A model generated the notes under the pieces. The model saw only the letters and a list, made by a program, of their open reading frames with translations, was not told the origin of the DNA and made no database searches. Source: Squalus acanthias (lineage: Eukaryota). Taken from it: 64,000 nucleotides of DNA. The DNA lies in NCBI GenBank assembly GCA_030390025.1, contig CM059432.1, positions 14,138,001-14,202,000 of the forward strand. The letters are read 5' to 3'. Positions 11,483-23,850 of the stretch are shown one piece after another. Positions within the stretch are counted from its first letter, which is position 1, and every line of letters begins with the position of its first letter. The position numbers were made by a program, and so were the translations under genes.

Positions 11483-14400
11483 TAACTCTCATTAACCTCC
11501 TCACTAGCATCCAGCTCAGGATTATGAAAATGGAGATGTGAGGTAGAATATTCTGCTATGGTGAAGAATCTTACCCAACAGCCCAAAGCAAAACTCATCA
11601 CAGCTGAAGCCGACAGATCAAAATAATAATCCAGCCTGGAATGTGTCGCTCTAAAATTGTGAACTGTTCCTAGCTCGCCAGTAAAGGTATTTCTCTAACA
11701 ATCCACTTTGTCTCTTGCATATGAGAAATTAGTCCTTTTCATTAAAAAATGTCCCACACAATGAAAGGAAGTTAATTGACAAAGATGACGAGGATAAAAA
11801 GTGTTCTCAACAAACTAAACAGGACGGTGCATCACGAGGGAGAATTGCTTTGTAAGTTGAAACAAGTTAGTATAACCTTTTACAGCTCACTGGTGTGGCC
11901 ACATTTGGAATGTTGTGTGCAGTTTTGGGACCCAAACTATTCCAAGACGAAGGCCAGCGATGATTCTGAGATTTAGCGGGCAGATTTTCATCTTCACCAC
12001 CTGTGTGGTAATCTGGCAGAGCGGTTCACCTGCCTGTTATAGGACCTGCCTGAGTTTCATTCCATTGATTTCTATCCCTGGGACTCCAAATTGCGAAGCT
12101 GGATGAGATGTGATTTATGATCAATTGGATGATCTGGTGATTTTTAGAATATCCCAACGTAACTTTAGGAAAGGTAGACCCTGCCTCACTAACAATTGGC
12201 CAACTGACCAGAATGGTGGATGCTGCTATAGAATCATAGAATGGTGCAGCACAGAAGGAGGCCATTTGGCCCATCGTTGGAGCTAGTCAACTAATCCCAC
12301 TCCCCCACTCTTTCTCCATAGCCCTGCAAATATTTTCCCTTCGAGTGAGTATAGAAATAGGAGGATAGAGCAAATGAATGCGTGGCTGGAGAGATGGTGC
12401 AGGAGGGAGGGCTTCAGATTCCTGGGCATTGGGGCCAGTTCTGGGGGAGGTGGGACCTCTACAGGCCGGACGGGTTGCACCTCAACAGAGCCGGTACCAA
12501 TATCCTCGCGGGGAGGTTTGCTGGTGCTGTTGGGGAGGGTTTAAACTAAGTTGGCAGGAGGATGGGCACCTGGATGTACTATTAGAAAGGAGAAACAAGG
12601 TGCACAAAGGATTGGGAGAGATGGATAGCACTGAAGTAAGAAATAGTACGGTATTAGGTGGGGTCAGACTAAGAGAGAACACAGGAGGGTCTACGATAGG
12701 TTTACAGTGTATGTATGTGAACACACAAAGCATAGTAAACAAGGTTGGTGAGCTGCAGGCGCAAATAGCTACATGGGAATATAATGTCGTGGCAATAACG
12801 GAGACCTGGCTCAAAAAAGGGCAGGATTGGGTATTAAATATTCCTGGATAAAGGTGTTCAGGAAAGATAGGGAAGGAAAGATAGGAGGTGGGGTGGCAGT
12901 ATTGGTTAAGGAGAATGTTACAATGCTGGAGAGAGAGGATGGCCTGGAGGGGTCAAGGACAGAATCTATTTGGTTAGAGTTAAGAAATAATAGAGGTGCC
13001 ATTACACTACTAGGTGTATTCTATAGGCCACCAACTAGTGGGAAAACTATGGAGGAGCAAATTTGCAGAGAAATTACAGAGAGATGCAAAAACTATAGAG
13101 TAGTGATAATGGGGGACTTCCACTATCCTAATATAGACTGGGATAACAGTAGTATAAAGGGCAGAGAAGGGAAGAATTTCTGAAGTGTGTTCAGGAGAAC
13201 TTTCTGGATCAGTATGTTTCCGGCCCAACGAGGAAGGAGGCATTGCTGGATCTGCTTCTGAGGAATGAGATAGGTCAAGTGGAGCAAGCGTCAGTAGGTG
13301 AACATTTAGGGAACAGTGATCATAGTATCATAAGGTTTAGATTAGCTATGGAAAAGGACAGGGAGCAATCTAGAGTAAAACTACTTAATTGGAGGATGGC
13401 CAATTTCAGTGGGATGAGAATGGATCTGGTCCGGGTAAATTGGAATCAAAGATTGGCAGGCAAAACTGTAATGGAACAAGAGGCTGCCTTTAAAGAGGGA
13501 ATAGTTCGGGTACAGTTGAGGTACATTCCCACTAGGGGGAAAGGCAGGGCAACTAAAGTCAGGGCTCCCTGGATGACGAAAGAGATAGAGAATATGATGA
13601 AGCAGAAAAAGGGGGCATATGACAGATGTCAGGTCAAGAATACGTCTGAGAATCAGGCTAAATATAGAAAGTTCAGAGGAGAAGTGAAAAAGAAAATAAG
13701 AGGGGCAAAGAGAGGGTCTGAGAATAGAATGTCACCTAACATAAAAGGTAATCCAAAAGTCTTCTATAGGCATATGAATAGTAAATGGGTAGTAAGAGGA
13801 GGGGTGGGGCCGATTAGGGACCAAAAAGGAGACCTACGCATGAAGGCAGAGGGTATGGCTGAGGTACTAAACGAGTACTTTGCATCTGTCTTCACCAAGG
13901 AAGAAGATGCTGCCATAGACATAGTGAAGGAGAAGGTAGTTGAGATACTGGATAGGATAAAAATTGATAAAGGGGAGGTACTAGAAAGGCTGTCTGTTCT
14001 TAAAGTAGATAAGTCACCAGGACCAGATGGGATGCATCCTAGGACACTGAAGGAAGTGAAGGAAGAAATCGCAGAAGTACTGGCCATAATCTTCCAATCC
14101 TCCTTAGAAGTGGTGGACTGGAGAACTGCAAATGCTATACCATTGTTCAAAAAAGTGTGTAAAGATAAACCCAGCAACTACAGGCCAGTCAGTTTAACCT
14201 CGGTAGTGGGGAAGCTTTTAGAAACAGTAATCAGGGACAAAATTAACAATCACTTGGACAAGTGTGGATTAATTAAGGAAATCCAGCACAGGTTTGTTAA
14301 AGGCAAATCGTGTTTAACCAACTTGATCGAGTTTTTTGATGAGGTAACAGTGAGGGTTGATGAGGGCAATGTGGTGACATGGTGTACATGGATTTCCAAA

Positions 14401-14853
14401 AGGCATTCGACAAAGTGCCACATAATAGGCTTGCCAGCAAAGTTGAAGCCCGTGGAATAAAAGGGACAGTGGCAGTATGGATATGAAATTGGCTAAGTGA
14501 CAGGAAACAGAGAGTAGTGGTGAATGGTTGTTTTTCGGACTGGAGGAAGGTATACAGTGGTGTTCCCCAGAGGTCGGTTCTAGGACCACTGCTTTTCTTG
14601 ATATATATTAATGACTTGGATGTGGGTGTACAGGGCACAATTTCAAAATTTACAGATGACACAAAACCTGGAAGTATAGTGAACCGTGAGGAGGATAGTG
14701 ATAGACTTCAAGAGGACATAGACAGGCTGGTGGAATGGATGGACACGTGGCAGATGAAATTTAACGCAGAAAAGTGCGAAGTGATACATTTTTGTAGGAA
14801 GAACGAGGAGAGGCAATATAAACTAAAGGGTACAATCCTAAAGGGGGTGCATG

Positions 14854-17111
14854 TGTGAAGGAATAGCCAGGATTCAGAAAATATACGATACTAAAAACAG
14901 ATTTCTGAAATTATTAATAAATGACATACTGGGTTTAAAAGACATAAGCCTTAGCAGACACAGGCTGCAAACAGAATAAAGGCTTATGAGATAAGATGGT
15001 TTGTTAACACAAAGCTGTGAACACAAGCTTTGATATGGGAATGGGATATTGACAAAGACAATGCCCTATTGAAGCAAACCATTGGGAGGTTCCTCTATGT
15101 CTAGAGTTTGGGAGAAAAACAATGGAATGACCCAAGTAAAGTGTTATAATCTAACACGTCGAACAGATGCACAGAACATTAAAAAAAACAAGTGCCTTTG
15201 AAGAAATGACATCAAGCAAAAGAAACGCCTGCTGAACAAATAGTTTTAATGTTAAGCTTGAAAGATGGAGTCCCGAGGTCTGATAAAAACCAATTGAAGT
15301 AAATAAGAAATGTATGGAACACCCTAGATAAAGTATTTACAAGTTGTAAAAGGTACACAAACGAGACGACTTTGAAAATATTACTTCAATGGATGCACCA
15401 AGCAATTACATTGTTCTTGTATTGGACATGGAATACCATGGAGTCACAACGTCTGATAATAACCAGTTAAAGTAATATTAGAAATTCAATAGAAAGACTT
15501 CCGAAGAATTGCATCAAACAGAAACCATTGCTGTCATTGTGTTTATGATGGTTTTTGAAACATCTAAGGTAGAGACATAATTATGCATGCAATGGCTAAA
15601 TTGACAGTAAAGACAGAAAGCATTCAACAGAGATATCAATAAAGAATAGAACAAAGTCAGCAAAGAATGACTTGACACAATTAGCTTACATCAGCACGAA
15701 TACTTCAAAGGATAAGCCACCTAAGAAAAGATATAGGCCCAGAAATTCGCCTCTACGGCTTGCCGCGGGGGTAAGGATCGCGCGCGCACTTACCTACCGC
15801 GCCTGCCGTTGTGTTTTGGGCCTACGGGAACTTCAGCTCCTGGGCCTGCTCCAAGAGCCGGCGCGCAGTCCTTGCGTGTCCCAGGGGCGTAGTTAGTGCG
15901 ATGCGACCCCTGGGATCACGTGGGCCATGGAGAGCCAATGGCAGCAGACCATCTTTCATTCATAGATTTGACAGAAATCTGTCAAATCTGTGAATTGAAA
16001 TCGGCCCCAAAAGAACAGCTAAACTTAAAATAAATTTAATAAAACCATCACATTTATAAAATAACTATAGTTAAATAAATTAACCACTTTAAACAAAAAT
16101 TTTAATTTTTGAAAAATTAAAATACTTTTTAAAAGTGATAAAAATAAACTTACCTTTCTTTAAAGTATCTAAAAAAGATAAACCTGTTGAAAAAAAATTT
16201 AAATTATATTTAATTAACCACTTACCTTGTTGAAAACGGGTCCTGCGCCTCCTTTTTATAAGCGTAGGTTCTTCACTACTTACCCTCCCGTAGAAACCTG
16301 AAAAAAATCTAAGTTTGCTGCGTGCGCGCAGCCTCTACCGCGCACGCGGTTCACCTAGGAACCGCCCCCTTCACCAGACCGGAAGTTCCGGTTTCCCGCG
16401 CATGCGCAGTGCATGCAGGAAATCGGCACTTCGGGACGCATTACGGGTGAGTACGCATTGTGTACTCACCCGGGAAAAGGCCGAATTTTTGGCCCATTAA
16501 AATACGAGCTTTTCAGATGGAAAGTCAGAAGTCGCTGGGAAGACAAGCGTTTCTCAACTTTACAGACATTCTCTGTAAGTTTACAACTTTTGAGTCTCGG
16601 GCAATCAAGGTATTTGATTTTGGTGGATATTCTGGATTAAGAAATAAGTAGAAGTGTGGAAATGTAATGAAGTTAAGATTTGAGAATAAAGATCTGAGAA
16701 TAAGATAATGTAAGCTATTTGTATTTTGAACGATTAAAGTTGCGATTGCCATAATAAATGTTAACTGAATGTCGGTTCTGTAATAAATCTATATATTTTT
16801 AGAATAGTCTCAAAGAGTATTTCTGTATCATCTTGCGAACTCAAATTCTGTACACTCAAAGGAGTGTATTCCGGACCCTTATAATATCCGGAAGGTTACA
16901 GTCTAGTTAAACTTATTAAAAGTACTATCTGGAGGACGGTAACATCTTTAGACCATTTTCTTTCCTTTAGGGAGAGGTAGTCTGACCTTTAGACCCAATT
17001 AAGCGTCTTATAGGATCCGGCTACCACAAACTTTAGTTGAAGGTAAACGTCTGGGGAATACGCCTGATCTGGGGTAGTCTGAAAGGGCTAGGACTTGTAA
17101 TTATCCCTTCA
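14854..17111 (+). mobile_element. Long solo LTR (~1.5 kb net) containing a nested TIR element
   Basis: TG...CA termini (TGTGAAGGAATA...TATCCCTTCA); 4-bp TSD CATG at 14850-14853 and 17112-17115; AATAAA near 16754 and 16782; no ORF. Confidence 0.72.
15736..16495 (-). mobile_element. ~760-bp non-autonomous TIR element, copy 1 (PHIS group, ISL2EU-like)
   Basis: TIRs GGCCCAGAAATTCG / CGAATTTTTGGCCC; inverted homolog of 22137-22901. Confidence 0.85.
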
Positions 17112-17785
17112 CATGAACAGAGAGACCTGGGGGCATATTTGCAAAAATCGTTGAAGATGGCAGGGCAGGTTGAGAAAGCAGTTAAAAAAGCTTACGGGAT
17201 CCTGGGCTTCATGAATCTGATGAACCTGTATAAAACTGGAGTACTGTGTCCAATTCTGGGCACCGCACTTTAGGAAGGATGTGAAGGCCTTAGAGAGGGT
17301 GCAGAAAAAATTTGCGAGAATGATTCCAGGGATGAGGGACTTCAGTTACGTGGATAGACTAGAGAAGCTGGGGTTGTTCTCCTTAGAGCAGAGAAGGTTG
17401 AGAGGACATTTGACAGAGGTGTTCAAAATCATGAGGGGTCTCGACAGAGTAGATAGAGAGAAACTGTTCCCATTGGCGGAAGGGTCGGGAACCAAAGGAC
17501 ACAGATTCAAGGTGATTGGCAAAAGAATCAAAGGTGACATGAGGAAAAACATTTTTACGCAGCGAGTGGTTAGGATCTGGAATGCATTGCCTGAGAGACT
17601 GGTGGAGGCAGATTCAATCATGGCTTTCAAAAGGGAATTGGATAAGTACCTGAGGGGGAAAAAATTGCAGGGCTACGGGGAAAGGGCGGGAGAGTGGGAC
17701 TAGCTGAAGTGCTCTTGCAGAGAGCCGGCACGGGCTCGATGGGCCAAATGGCCTTCTTCCGTGCTGTAACCATTCTATGATTCTA

Positions 17786-18032
17786 TTATCCAATTCTCTT
17801 TTGAAAGTCACTATTGAATGTGCTTCCACCACCTTTTCAGCAGCGCATTCCAGATCACAACAACTCGCGGAGTAAAAAAATGTTTCCTCATGTCACCTCT
17901 CGTTCTTTTCCAATCACCTTAAATCTGTGTCCTCTGATTACTGACCCTTCTGCTGCTGGGAACAGTTTGTCCTTTACACTCTGTCAAAATCCTTCATGAT
18001 TTTGAACACCTCCATCAAATCTCCTCTTAACT
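17786..18032 (-). mobile_element. CR1 LINE 3' fragment, inverted relative to the preceding copy
   Basis: Reverse-complement similarity to ~17400-17645. Confidence 0.75.
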
Positions 18033-18564
18033 ATTGGCAAAGAGTTAGGTTAAATGCAAGGAAAAAAATATTTTCGTAGGGAATCACCAGCCTCTGGAAC
18101 ATATGGTGAGTAAGGAGTCACCAAGTCCTTTGAAAGGGAACTTGACAAATTCCTGAGAGAAGAGGACCTTTCCAGTTACAGAGGGTAATTTTTTTGTCGT
18201 TATTCATTCTCGGGATGTCATTGGCAAGGCCGGCATCTATTGACCATCCCTAGTTGCCCTGAGAAGGTTGTGGTGAGCCGTCTTCTTAAACCACTGCAGT
18301 CCGTGTGGTGAAGGTGAGTATTTCATACAACTGAATGGCTTGCTAGCCCACTTCAGAGGACAGTTAAGAGTCAACCATGTTGGTGTTGAACTGGCGTCAC
18401 ATATAGGACAGATTGGGTAAGGAAGGCAGGTTTCCTTCCCTAAAGAATGTTAATTGTTTTTTTTTGATAATCTGACAGCTTCAATGTCACTTGTGCAGAT
18501 ACCGTTTCTTAATTTTATTTTTCCAGCTTTTTTTTAAACTGAATTCACGTTCTTAAACTGCCCT

Positions 18565-18990
18565 GGTGGAGGCTGGAGACGCTGGGGTTCTCCTTAGAGC
18601 AGAGAAGGCTGAGAGGAGATTTGATAGAGGTGTTCAAAATCATGGGGGATCTTGACCGAGTAGATAGAGAGAAACTGTTCCCATTGGCGGAAGGGTTGGC
18701 AATCAGAGGACACAGATTTAAGGTGATTAGCAAAAGAACCAAAGCAATATGAGGAAAAGCTGTTTACGCAGCGAGTAGTTATGATCTGGAATGCACTGCC
18801 TGAAAGGGTGGTGGAGGCAGATTCAATCGTGGCTTTTGAAGGGAATTGGTAAGTACCTGAAGGAATTTTTTTTTGCAGGGTTACGGGGAAAGGGCGGGGG
18901 AGTGGAACTAGCTGAGGTGTCTTGCAAAGAGCCGGCACGGGCTCGACGGGCCGAATGGCCTCCTTCTGTGCTGTAACCATTCTATGATTC
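18565..18990 (+). mobile_element. CR1 LINE 3' end
   Basis: Near-identical to 17358-17785, with the same tail. Confidence 0.85.
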
Positions 18991-19568
18991 TTTGAATTTA
19001 TATCACATTCGCTGGATTATTAATCTGGCCTTTGGGTTATTAAGTAGCTGTGACTACAGGGAGATATGGAGTAGAATTGGAGAAGAATTTCCCAGAGTTT
19101 TTCCAGATTCCTTCTCTGGAATTCACTGTCCCAGGAGATTGAATGGTTAAGGAGTGGGTCAGTGATGAATGAGGTTGCAGTGCTGTCTGAGTGGGTGGGG
19201 TTGATGAGCTCGATGGTCTTTCCTCGCCCTTGAGGTAAAAAAAACGCTGAACTCGTTTTTATTGGAGAAAAGAAAGTGAAGTGGCACATGATCCAAATCT
19301 TTAAAAATAACTTAGAAGAGGCAAACATGACGTGCATGTAAGCAGACTGTTTGACTTGAACTGTTAGCGTAGAGTGAGAGAACCCAGATTCACAATTAAC
19401 AGCCTTAAGCGAGAGCAGAGATTAGATTCCGTCCCCCGCACAGTAGTGGATGTGTGAGGATTCTCAACAAAAGCAGGTGATGGCACGTTAACTAATTCGT
19501 ATAAAACAAAAGGAGCTGGGGATATATATCTTGGCAACGGGATTTGTCATGTCGACTAAGATGATTGT

Positions 19569-19708
19569 GGCCGGGAATTTCTTCAGAGCTGCTCAATCTC
19601 CGTCACCGTAACTTTGCCGTAAGTGCGGCGGACACCCCGTTTACACGCACAAGCTTCCGGCAAAGTTACGGCGGCGGAGCGGGAGCAGCTTTGAAGAGAT
19701 TCCCAGCG
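19569..19708. mobile_element. Fold-back MITE (~140 bp)
   Basis: Arms gggaatttcttcagagctgctc..ccgtaactttgccg / cggcaaagttacgg..gagcagctttgaagagattccc. Confidence 0.7.
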
Positions 19709-20740
19709 GAGGTGCCCCACAGGTTACGTCGGTTCCCATGTTGCTGGAACAAGGGGTGGGTGAGGGCTGTTGTCTCTGGAGAGTAATAGGCCAGGATTAA
19801 ATAGTGGAGTTACGAGTATGGATAGATACTCTGGAATCCACTTTATTACCTCCTTTACTATATATAGGCGGCAGGGATTTTATAAGAAAAAAACTGGAGT
19901 CAGCAAGAACACGAATGCAAAAATATACAAGATAATTAACATTAAAAATATGGTGAAATATTAAAAACATCTGAGACCAGATCCATTGTATATTTCAGCC
20001 CATGTAAACTAGTGTCACACAAACAAAGTACTCATCTTCTAATCTTTATATGGTGTTCTTTTTACACTTTGGCTAAATATTTTTGCTACGCTATCTCCAA
20101 ATATTACAAATATTTGCTTATTTTACTGCTACTAAGTTTCATATAAAGTAAACAAGCTATTTGACTCGCTGCAGTTTTAGTAACTATGATTACTGTAATG
20201 GTAATATTCCAGCAGCGGATTTTTCCAAGTTCATATTTATAAAAATGTTAGTTCTGACCCTGTACGTTTCATGTCCATCAAGGCCAAGCCGGGCGTCCCA
20301 CATTTACATGAGCGTACATCAGTTTTTGTAGGGGCACAAGTGGGCAGGGTTGCTTTACTGTGCGAACAACTAGCTTGGCATGAAGCAAATCCTAAGCTCA
20401 CAGCTTTAAACTGAAGATTATTGACACTGTAAATTTGTAATGAACAGTGTGCAGACCAACAGAATTGAATCAAAATGGAAAACTCTCAGGGGTTTAATTT
20501 GCTGTGTGTGCTATTTTTTATTGCAGACAGGTTAATATATTTTCGCTGTCTTAACAGTCATGAACACACTTAAAGTAAATAGATTGCCAACTGTATTAAA
20601 ATAGAAGAGTGAAGAAGTTAACCGTTGCGCTAAAAATAGCACACCCGAGGGAATTAAATCCCTCAGTGAGAAGCTTTGAGATTTTCACAATGTTATTAAA
20701 TCCAACCACTACATTGATATGTTCTCTGTATGCTCGAGTG

Positions 20741-21212
20741 TTTTTTTTTTATTTGTTGCTGGGATCTGGGCGTCGCTGGCAAGGTCAGCATTTATTGCCC
20801 ATCCCTAATTGCCCTTGAGAAGGTGGTGGTGAGCCGCCTTCTTGAACCGCTGCAGTCCGTGTGGTGAAGGTACTCCCACAGTGCTGTTAGGGAGGGAGTT
20901 CCAGGATTTTGACCCAGCAACGATGAAGGAACGGCAATATATTTCCAATTCAGGATGGTGTGTGACTTGGAGGGGAAAACTTGGAGGTGGTGGTGTTCCC
21001 ATGCACCTGCTGCCCTTCTCCTTCTAGGTGGTAGAGGTCGCGGGTTTGGGAGGTGCTGCCGAAGGAGCCTTGGCGAGTTGCTGCAGTGCATCTTGGAGAT
21101 GGTACACACTGCAGCCACGGTACGCCGGTGGTGGAGGGAGTGAATGTTTAAGGTGGTGGGTGGGGTGCCAATCAGGTGGGCTGCTTTGTCCTGGATGGTG
21201 TCGAGCTTCTTG
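20741..21212 (-). mobile_element. LINE 3' end, 'YKAQVR' family (CR1/Jockey group, clade unresolved)
   Basis: AAVCTIxKMHCSNSPRLLRQHLP...RSFIVAGSKSWNSLP with poly(A); same family as 40620, 43005, 49459 and 57450. Confidence 0.8.
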
Positions 21213-21418
21213 TGTATTCATGTGCTGGGCAAGAAAATGGCAAGTATCACAGAAAAAAGTCCATGTAGCTTGTAGTGCCGTGGTGACACAATAATATTAA
21301 CATGCTCTCTCTTCCCACAGTTGCTGCCTTCACAGATGAAAGATCCAAATGGCAGACGGTGGAGGAGCAAGAGCAACAAGAACGATTCTCCTCCATACAT
21401 TCTAGTGGCGAGGACCTA

Positions 21419-21862
21419 GAAAGAAAGAAAGACTTGCATCTATATAGCGCCTTTCATGATCTCAAGACATTCCAAAGCGCTTTACAGCCAATGAAGTACT
21501 TTTGGAGTGTAATGTAGGAAACGCGGCAGCCAGTTTACGCACAGCAAGCTCCCACAAACAGCAATGTGATAATGACCAGATAATCTGTTTTTGTCATGTT
21601 GATTGAGGGATGAATATTGGCCAGGACACCAGAGACAATTCCCCTGCTCTTTTTCAAAATAGTGGCATGGGATTTTTTATGTCCACCTGAGAGGGCAGAC
21701 GGGGTTTTAGTTTAACATCTCATCCAAAAGACAGCACCTCTGACAGTGCAGCACTCCCTCGTTACTGCACTGGAGTGTCAGCCTGGATTTTCTGTGGTCA
21801 AGACTCTGAAGTGGGACTGTGAACCCACAACCTTCTGACTCAGAGGCGAGAGTGCTACCCAC
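21419..21862 (-). mobile_element. Deu-domain tRNA-SINE whose 5' head is split by a Tx1 LINE (remainder at 29950-29980)
   Basis: Colinear with the intact copy at 37421-37872; the sequence resumes as ...ccactgagccacagctga at 29961. Confidence 0.88.
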
Positions 21863-22136
21863 TTTTTTTTATATTATATTATTTACTGAACATTAAGAAC
21901 ATTTACAACATCGTGATCATTCCATTGTATCATTCAAATCCATTCCGCCGCTCTGCACAGCCATTCCTCCACCACATATTAACATTAAAACCTGAAGTTT
22001 AATTTGTCTCCCATAACATATATTAATCGATTGTACTTTAAAAATTGATCGTAAAATACTATCTCTAAATTCCTTTCAAAATAAAACATCCACAGAGCCT
22101 TATAATGATCTTTTAGCTTACATTTAAAATATTAAT

Positions 22137-22901
22137 GGGCCAGAAATTCAGCTCTTGTCGGGTGAGGACGCGCTGTGTACTCACCCGTAAGGCCACCTGA
22201 AGTGCTGGTTTTCTGCCTGCACTGCGCATGCGCGGGAAACTGGAACTTCCGTTCCCCTGAAGGAAGGGGTTCAGAAGTCGAACGCGTGCGCGGGAGAGGC
22301 TGCGCGCACGCAGCGAACTTCGATTTTTTTTTCAGGTTTCTCCGGGAAGGTAAGTATCAAGAAGCTACGCTTTTAAAAAGGAGGCGCAAGGCCTGTTTTT
22401 AACAAGGTAAGTGGTTAATTAATTACAATTTAAAAAAAATTTTCAACAGGTTTATCTTTTTTAGATACTTTAAAGAAAGGTAAGTTTATTTTTAGCACCG
22501 TTACAAAGTATAATTAATTTTTTCAAAAATTTAAATTTTTGTTTAAAGTAATTAATTTATTTAACTTATAGTTATTTTAAAAATGTGATTTAAAAAAAAA
22601 AATTATTTGAAGTTTAAGTGTAGTTTTGGGGCCGATCTCTATTCATAGATTTGACAGGTCTTCCTGTCAAATCTATGAATGAAAATGCCCTGCTAGGATT
22701 GGCTCTCCATGGCCCACGTGATCCCAGGGGACGCTTCGAACTAACTGCGCCCCTGGGATACGCAAGCACTGCGTGCCGGCGGCTGGAGGAGGCACAGGAC
22801 CCGAAGTTCTCGTGGGCCCGAAGCACAACGGCAGGCGCGGTAGGTAAGTACGCGCGCGATGCTTGCACCCGCAGGAAGCCGGAAAGCTGAATTTCTGGCC
22901 C
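22137..22901 (+). mobile_element. ~765-bp non-autonomous TIR element, copy 2
   Basis: Perfect 17-bp TIR GGGCCAGAAATTCAGCT / AGCTGAATTTCTGGCCC; AT on both flanks. Confidence 0.9.
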
Positions 22902-23850
22902 ATTCTTTTAGATTGATTCTCCTCCCCTTAAAAAACAGAGCATTCCTTCTTTGCACAATCAAGGAATCTAGCCAAACTGAACATTAAATTAATTGCCGCT
23001 CCGCTAGACTCGGGCAGACTCTCCTGCAATCCCCATCTCAAAATTGAGTCCCACGGGATTCCCATTCTCGCTCTTCAGTCCCCACCCAGCAAAAAAACCT
23101 CACACAACTGTCGAACATAGTACTTAAAATCATTTAACTGCGGACATAACACCAGTAAATGGGACAGAGTCTCATCCCGTGTCCCACACACTGGGTAAGT
23201 TGCCCCCTCCACTCGCCCAATCCAGTCATGAGCCAATTTGAAATCCAGTTCAATCCACTCTGGACATTTAAAATTCGCCCACACTCCCTTCCAAATCCTG
23301 TTGAAGTCCAGCTGTGGGTATATACTCTGCCAAAACTCCTGACCAGCAGTTGTCTTGAATCTCCATTTTTCAAATACCCCATGGAAATCTCAAGTATTAC
23401 AGTTGTCAAATTGGACCAACTCTTCCCCTTTCTCCGGCAGAAAACTTGGAAAAGCGGGACGCATTTTACTTCCTTTGGAGATTTCTGCATTTATTTCTTC
23501 CATCCAATCCTGTGGCATTGCCCTCACAATCTTCTCATACATGATCATAATTGCTTTTTCCTCTACCTCCTGATCCTCCTCCCACACCATATCCCTCACT
23601 ATCGCTTCCGGCAACCAACCTGGAATTACCTCGTATAATACATCTTTCACATATATAACACCAGCTTTTATAAAAGCTTGATTAAATAATACCTCTCCTT
23701 CAATGTTGACCCACCTGTTCAAAAATAAGGGCTGTTCTAAAAATTCCTCAGCACCCTTGGGCATAAACTGCACACTTTTTAAAAATTGGGCCCATCTCTA
23801 CAATTCCCTTATAAAACCTAGGGAGAGGTTTAATCGATTTCAAAAACAAT

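Larger units (their letters stand above)
12345..17785 (+). mobile_element. CR1 (HER1-like) LINE, 5'-truncated in ORF1, split by an LTR at 14854-17111
   Basis: ORF1 esterase end (DGLHLN); APE domain (ITETWL, GGGVA, MGDF); RT (KSPGPDG, NYRPVSLTS, GVPQRSVLGP, FTDDTK); 3' part resumes at 17112 and ends in a (ttctatga) tail. Confidence 0.92.

Noticed and set aside
21321..21420. Possible host exon after ctctctcttcccacag (AAFTDERSKWQTVEEQEQQERF...)
   Set aside because: Good acceptor, but no donor before the SINE, no recognisable protein and no partner exons.
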